A stretch of DNA of 64,000 nt from Auanema rhodensis (lineage: Eukaryota; Animalia; Nematoda), in assembly GCA_964057225.1 (NCBI GenBank), contig OZ059895.1, forward strand, positions 5,022,001 through 5,086,000. Reading direction: 5' to 3'. How positions within the stretch are numbered: position 1 is the first letter of the stretch; each line of letters starts with the position of its first letter. Made by a program: the position numbers and the translations under genes. Shown piece after piece: positions 59,601 through 64,000 of the stretch. The notes below the pieces were generated by a model, which saw only the letters and a program-made list of their open reading frames with translations, searched no databases and was not told the origin of the DNA.

Positions 59601-62079
59601 TGACACAGGAGATTCAACAGTTTTCTTGGGACTATATGCAACTTGTGGAGCGTTCTCGAGTGGAAGGTTCTCCAAGTCACGGTGTGGCTCAACATCATCT
59701 AAAGGTCCATCGTATTTGTCAGACACTGGATACTTTTTGGTTTTCCGAGATGTAAAAAGGGAACGAATGTTATGTGTTTCTCTTGTTCTTTCATTATGGT
59801 GGGAAGAAATATCATTACTATGAGAGATAGATGCTGAAGGATCAGTCCAATAAATAGTGGAGTATTCGTTGATATTTTTGCTCTGGATGTCTTGCGATTT
59901 TTCCAATCGTTGAAGAGGAATATGTGTGTATGAAGGAAAGTTATAATATTTTACATCTGGCGGTGAGTCATCACTATATCCTGGGTGTATTATCCTACTG
60001 ATTCTAAATTGTTCTCTCTGTCCAGAGTGTGTTACATCAACAAAGTAACGAATGGGATGAGGTTCAAGATCTCCGATAAGGTCAAGTTGATTCGGCCGGT
60101 TGGATCCATTTCGGGGAGAATAGGGTAATATTGGAACGGTTGGCGATTGTAAAGAGTGTGAGTAGTACCCATGATGATAAAGTTGAACAGATTCGGCTAT
60201 TGGTAACTGTGGCAAGTCTTCTTCGAATTTTGTAGGGGAGAGAGGAATGAGGGGATCAGCTGGCTCATGAAATGACAGTAAGCGTACTGGTTGTCCGTTA
60301 TCGCGCCCAAACAAATTGCGTCTCACATTCGGCTGCGTTTTTTTTACTCGCAGAACAACTCTATTTGGAGAAATCGCTCCAGTTGATTGAGGCGAGCGAA
60401 GCGATGTTTCAGATATATAATAAGCAGCCGACGTGGGAGATTCAATAGGCGTGTAGACAAGCTCGTCGTCATCAGAATTTAGCTCGTCACGTACCTTATC
60501 TTTTGTTGCTGCCTCCGGAGTTGGTGATACTTCGTACGAGGTAACTGGTGAAGATAAAGGCTATAATGAATTTCATTTCTTCAAGTTATGTTCTTATGAA
60601 CTTACATTTTGTGAGCCTAATTCTCTATCGTTATACCCAAGAACATCGACAGTTTCATTGTTTTTGGCTACTGCAAAAAAAATATATATAGAACAAGAGT
60701 CGATGAGCAAACCATTGTCGCATGATTGGGTAAGTCTAGCACTACTAGATCGTTGTACTGTAGCAGAAGCTGGTCGGTCAAACATATGAGATGCCATTTT
60801 AGTTTGGAACTGTGTTCTTCCATTATATCTAAACCGAGCGGATCCCCAACGGAATAGACCAGCTTTTCGTTTGTCTTCTGGTTGAATTAATCTGAAAAGA
60901 ATAATGAAAAAATATACAACTTCAGTTAAACCTAAAGAATGTGTGATGCTCAACTCCACATTTATAAATACGCTTAGCATAAGTGTAATCAGCCACTTTA
61001 TATACCAATGTAGTTGACTTCTTATCGAGCTTAACTTATTATATAAAATGTATACTTAATTAATAATACTACCTCTCCCGGATTAAGTTTGATAGCAAAT
61101 GTATTTTTACGATAGCTTATCTTGTTAATATTTTGCCATAAAAAGCGGTGAAGACGTATAGTTTCTTTATAAATATTAATACCAGTAGCACATATGCCAA
61201 TTGAAACTGGGTTACTGCTTTTATCCTAGTAAAATTAAAATAAAACAAAATATAATAATAACGTACTTTAGCTTCATAAACGAAAACTCCGTACATACTT
61301 AGCTGTTTGCAGGTATCTAGATATTTCATCTCAGCTTCAGCTGGGGTAAGTCCTCTTAAAAAATATTTTTTATTTGATTTGTAATAGGCACTCACTTGTG
61401 TTCCTTATGTGCATCTTTGATTTTATCACTCAAATCATTATTTTTAGGTTCTAATACAGCTGATCTCAAGTATTGTTCATATTCAACAGAAGAATTGGCA
61501 TCGCCGAATTCAGCTTGCGCTACGAGAGAACCCAGAAGAACATGTGTTGGAATAGTAGCTGGTAACCTTAAAACTTTTGTTAGTATGCATGTCTTCATAT
61601 AAAGTTTTACCTCCCGCTATAAATATCGTTCCTAAGTTGCAAGAATAGATTGCTTCTAGCATGATCATCATTTAAAGTGGAAGGAGTGGTCGGATAGAAT
61701 TTGACCTCAAATGAGAACACCCATGGTAGGCCTAAAACACAACCATTCTTTAGTTAATAGATATTCTAATCACCTTTAAGTTGTCGAAGTATCTTTTTAT
61801 CTGTGTACAGCCAATGTCGAACTCCTTCGGTATCATGATAAGCAAGAGAGAAGTAATCATGTTCTTCTATAGAAACTTCTGTGCTTACCATAGTGAAAAG
61901 AGTATCTCCTTTCGAACCACGCTGAAAGTAAAAAATTAGATTTTTTTTTTCAGTCCTCTTACTGGAAGTAGGAAATCTTTAACAGTGCCATCAAGCATAT
62001 GAACTTTTGCTGCTTGCATTTTTGGGTCTTGAATTTTAGGCTGTGCGGCCTCTCCTCCGGGGTCTCCGTCCTTACCCAT
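38604..62079 (-). CDS. frm-1: Protein 4.1/Coracle family FERM protein with FA domain, giant repeat exon and 4.1 C-terminal domain
   Basis: ATG 62079. FERM exons (VHMLDGT, FSFEVKFYP, GSLVAQAEFGD, GLTPAEAEMKYL, SMYGV, CGVEHHTFFRL), FA region FRWGSARFRYNGRTQ, and giant exon 60560-41412. C-terminal exons end ETHVEHRVTIHSDAAIDYDA|ELSQAIQDATKMNPDMTVEKIEVRQETTN* (4.1 CTD); stop 38604-38606. Confidence 0.92.
41760..59731 (-). repeat. Coding tandem array: 30 x 597 bp (199 aa) plus a degenerate partial unit
   Basis: Shadow ORFs recur at a 597-bp period from 42068 to 59381 (29 intervals). Units differ by a few substitutions; the last has an in-frame 9-bp deletion. Confidence 0.98.
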
Positions 62080-63590
62080 CTGCTCTGAAAATAGAAAATG
62101 AGTACCATGAAAAAATTAATGCAACCAGTCGATTATTGAACAGAAAATGCGAAAAGATTACGCGAAACAATTTCTCACTTTACACTGGAATTTTTTCGCC
62201 TGGAGAAATAAAAAGCTTGGGAAACAAATCAATAATTAAATGACCTATGGCAAATAAACAAGTAGTGATACTCTACAGAGAAAAAGAATAGATATGGTTT
62301 ATGTCGTTATCACAAAATATTATGCTGGAAATAAAAATAAGCGGAAAAGGGTTTGGGACCAAATATACGAAAAAAGTTAGAAAAGGAAAACCAACATATA
62401 AGAATGAAACTGTTTAGGAAGTTTCAACAATACTAAGAGAAAATAACTAGGACAATAAAATATCAAAAGAGAAGTATGCCTGCATCAGAATGGTGTTGCA
62501 AAAGACGCTAACAAATCAGAATGCTTTTAATTATGTAATGGGGCAAACATATTTCTATTAGAAACCGGTTGAACTTATAAATTATATTTCTAATGATGCT
62601 TATATTTCTACTAGTCGTTGGTTCAAACAACTTCAAAATTAGTTTAACAGTTCGAATTAAGAAAAATTAGAATCAATAAAATCCTAGAAAACATGAGGAA
62701 TTTACAGCAGGCTGCGCAAATTGGAGCCAGACGCAAGCAAGATAGAATATATAAAAGAGAAGATCAATACTGCGACGGCGCATGGATGGGAGAGGAAATT
62801 GAACATTTTCTTTCACAACAAGAGCAAGGGTTAAATATAAGCATAAACATGCAAAATACAATTCAAAAACAAAAAGTTGAAAAAAACAAGAGGTTCGAAT
62901 TGGAAATTGTCTGCATAGACGGCCTTGTTGAGGCAGAATGACTCAATTCTAGTTTTGAGTTCTTCCTGCCCGCCTACTCTATTATGTATGACTGCAACAG
63001 CGCTATGTGCGAACCAACAATGTATCGACTTTTCCATTCAATCTATTAAAACCATACGAGCTATATCAAACATAGGAAAAATTCAGAATATTGCGAAGTT
63101 TCACGAATCAAAATGAAACCGTTTCCTATACGATTGAATACCAAGGACGTTTCAATCGAAATGAGAATACAAAACATAGTGAGAGATAATTGAAGAACAG
63201 ATACAAACAGTTTTGAATGAATTACAAATTTTTCACATGTTTTCAGGCACTATTTAAATTTTCTATCCTGAAAACTTGCTTCAATGTGAAAATGAAGAAT
63301 TTATAAACTAACTAAATCGTGAAAAATAACCTAAACAATAAGAAAAAAACAATATTGACCACATTAGAATTCAAAGGAAAAAAGAGAAAACAATCAATAA
63401 ACTATACAGAACCAATATTGTAAACAAGAAAGAAAGCTTATGAAGAAAATTTGAATTTCGACATCTTTTTTGAATATTAGACAGTTTTAAAAAGTTAAAG
63501 GGTTGTTTTCATCAGCGTTTCCTAATAGAGCGCAACTGTGACATATTTATTGTCCATTACATGAAAAATTGAGCATTGTGTTCTTAAGAG

Positions 63591-64000
63591 ATGGTTTGTC
63601 ACTTTTTTTTTAAAATACCTTTTAAATGATTTAGAGATTCCGTTTTTTGGGCGGACTTGATTGCCCAGATTGGTTGCTTAGTCAGTTTGCAGATTATTCA
63701 AAATTGGTAATGATATATATTATTACCATCTATAAGTTTGTTTAGACATCAATCAAATTTAAAAATGTATGCATGTTAGCTGTAAAATTTCTGTTAGGAG
63801 AACAGGTTGTTGATGAAGATCTTGCGAAATATGTTAATGAAAGCTTAGGTACAATTTTTATAAAAAAAAATTTAATTCTATGGAATTTAGATGTAATTCA
63901 TTTGAAAAGATTTTTGGGTTCTTTAGCTTTTATAATGCGACGTGCCGTCAATTTTAATTGTGAAATTAATGATGTTGAAGCAGAATGTATACAATTAGGG
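63591..64000 (+). CDS. COMMD4: COMM domain-containing protein 4, 5' part (runs off the window)
   Basis: ATG|gt at 63591, then [24 protein letters not shown]|TSIKFKNVC...|[37 protein letters not shown], matching the COMMD4 N-terminus (MRFRFCGDLDCPDW...ELQQLG). Not in the ORF track. Confidence 0.9.

Noticed and set aside
41760-59731. CRISPR array, non-coding satellite or transposon array
   Set aside because: No unique spacers or Cas genes; eukaryotic context; period divisible by 3 with a continuous frame spliced into a FERM gene; no TE domains.
41881-59823. About 60 repeated 63-105-aa ORFs on both strands within the array
   Set aside because: Antisense or alternate-frame shadows of the 199-aa repeat. 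The 105-aa frame is broken by a stop in the VVS-variant units while the main frame never is.
41265-60326. Standalone 6,353-aa gene as in the ORF track
   Set aside because: It starts at GTG, the frame stays open upstream to a splice acceptor at 60561, and the hydrophobic tail after GFK (41411-41265) is read-through past a splice donor.
62100-63500. Short ORFs between frm-1 and COMMD4
   Set aside because: No family similarity; consistent with a 5' intron or divergent promoter region.

Overview
AT-rich, intron-dense eukaryotic DNA with many ~45-60 nt GT-AG introns, TTTCAG acceptors and cuticle collagens. This is almost certainly a rhabditid (clade V) nematode; the species cannot be determined. 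Most ORF-track entries are exon fragments or shadow ORFs, so gene models were spliced by eye. Order: M14 zinc carboxypeptidase with a 2.5-kb mucin-like exon and C-terminal ShKT (+); FAAH2-type amidase, MATH-BTB protein, short-ectodomain receptor tyrosine kinase and atp-3 (all -); rps-27 (+); TMEM26 (-); SLC26 transporter (-) hosting an intronic tRNA-Glu(CTC) and a Merlin-like MITE; a nuclear receptor resembling thyroid hormone receptor (NR1A) across both domains (+), bracketed by an apparently perfect 180-bp inverted duplication; two cuticle collagens (+); a lipocalin-related gene (-); a protein 4.1/frm-1 gene (-); and the 5' part of COMMD4 (+). Main findings: (1) the 4.1 gene has a ~19.1-kb uninterrupted exon made of 30 near-identical 597-bp (199-aa) repeats, which an internal splice donor can remove, predicting a ~7,000-aa giant isoform and a short isoform; (2) a TR-like receptor in a nematode; (3) the inverted duplication around that receptor's gene body.
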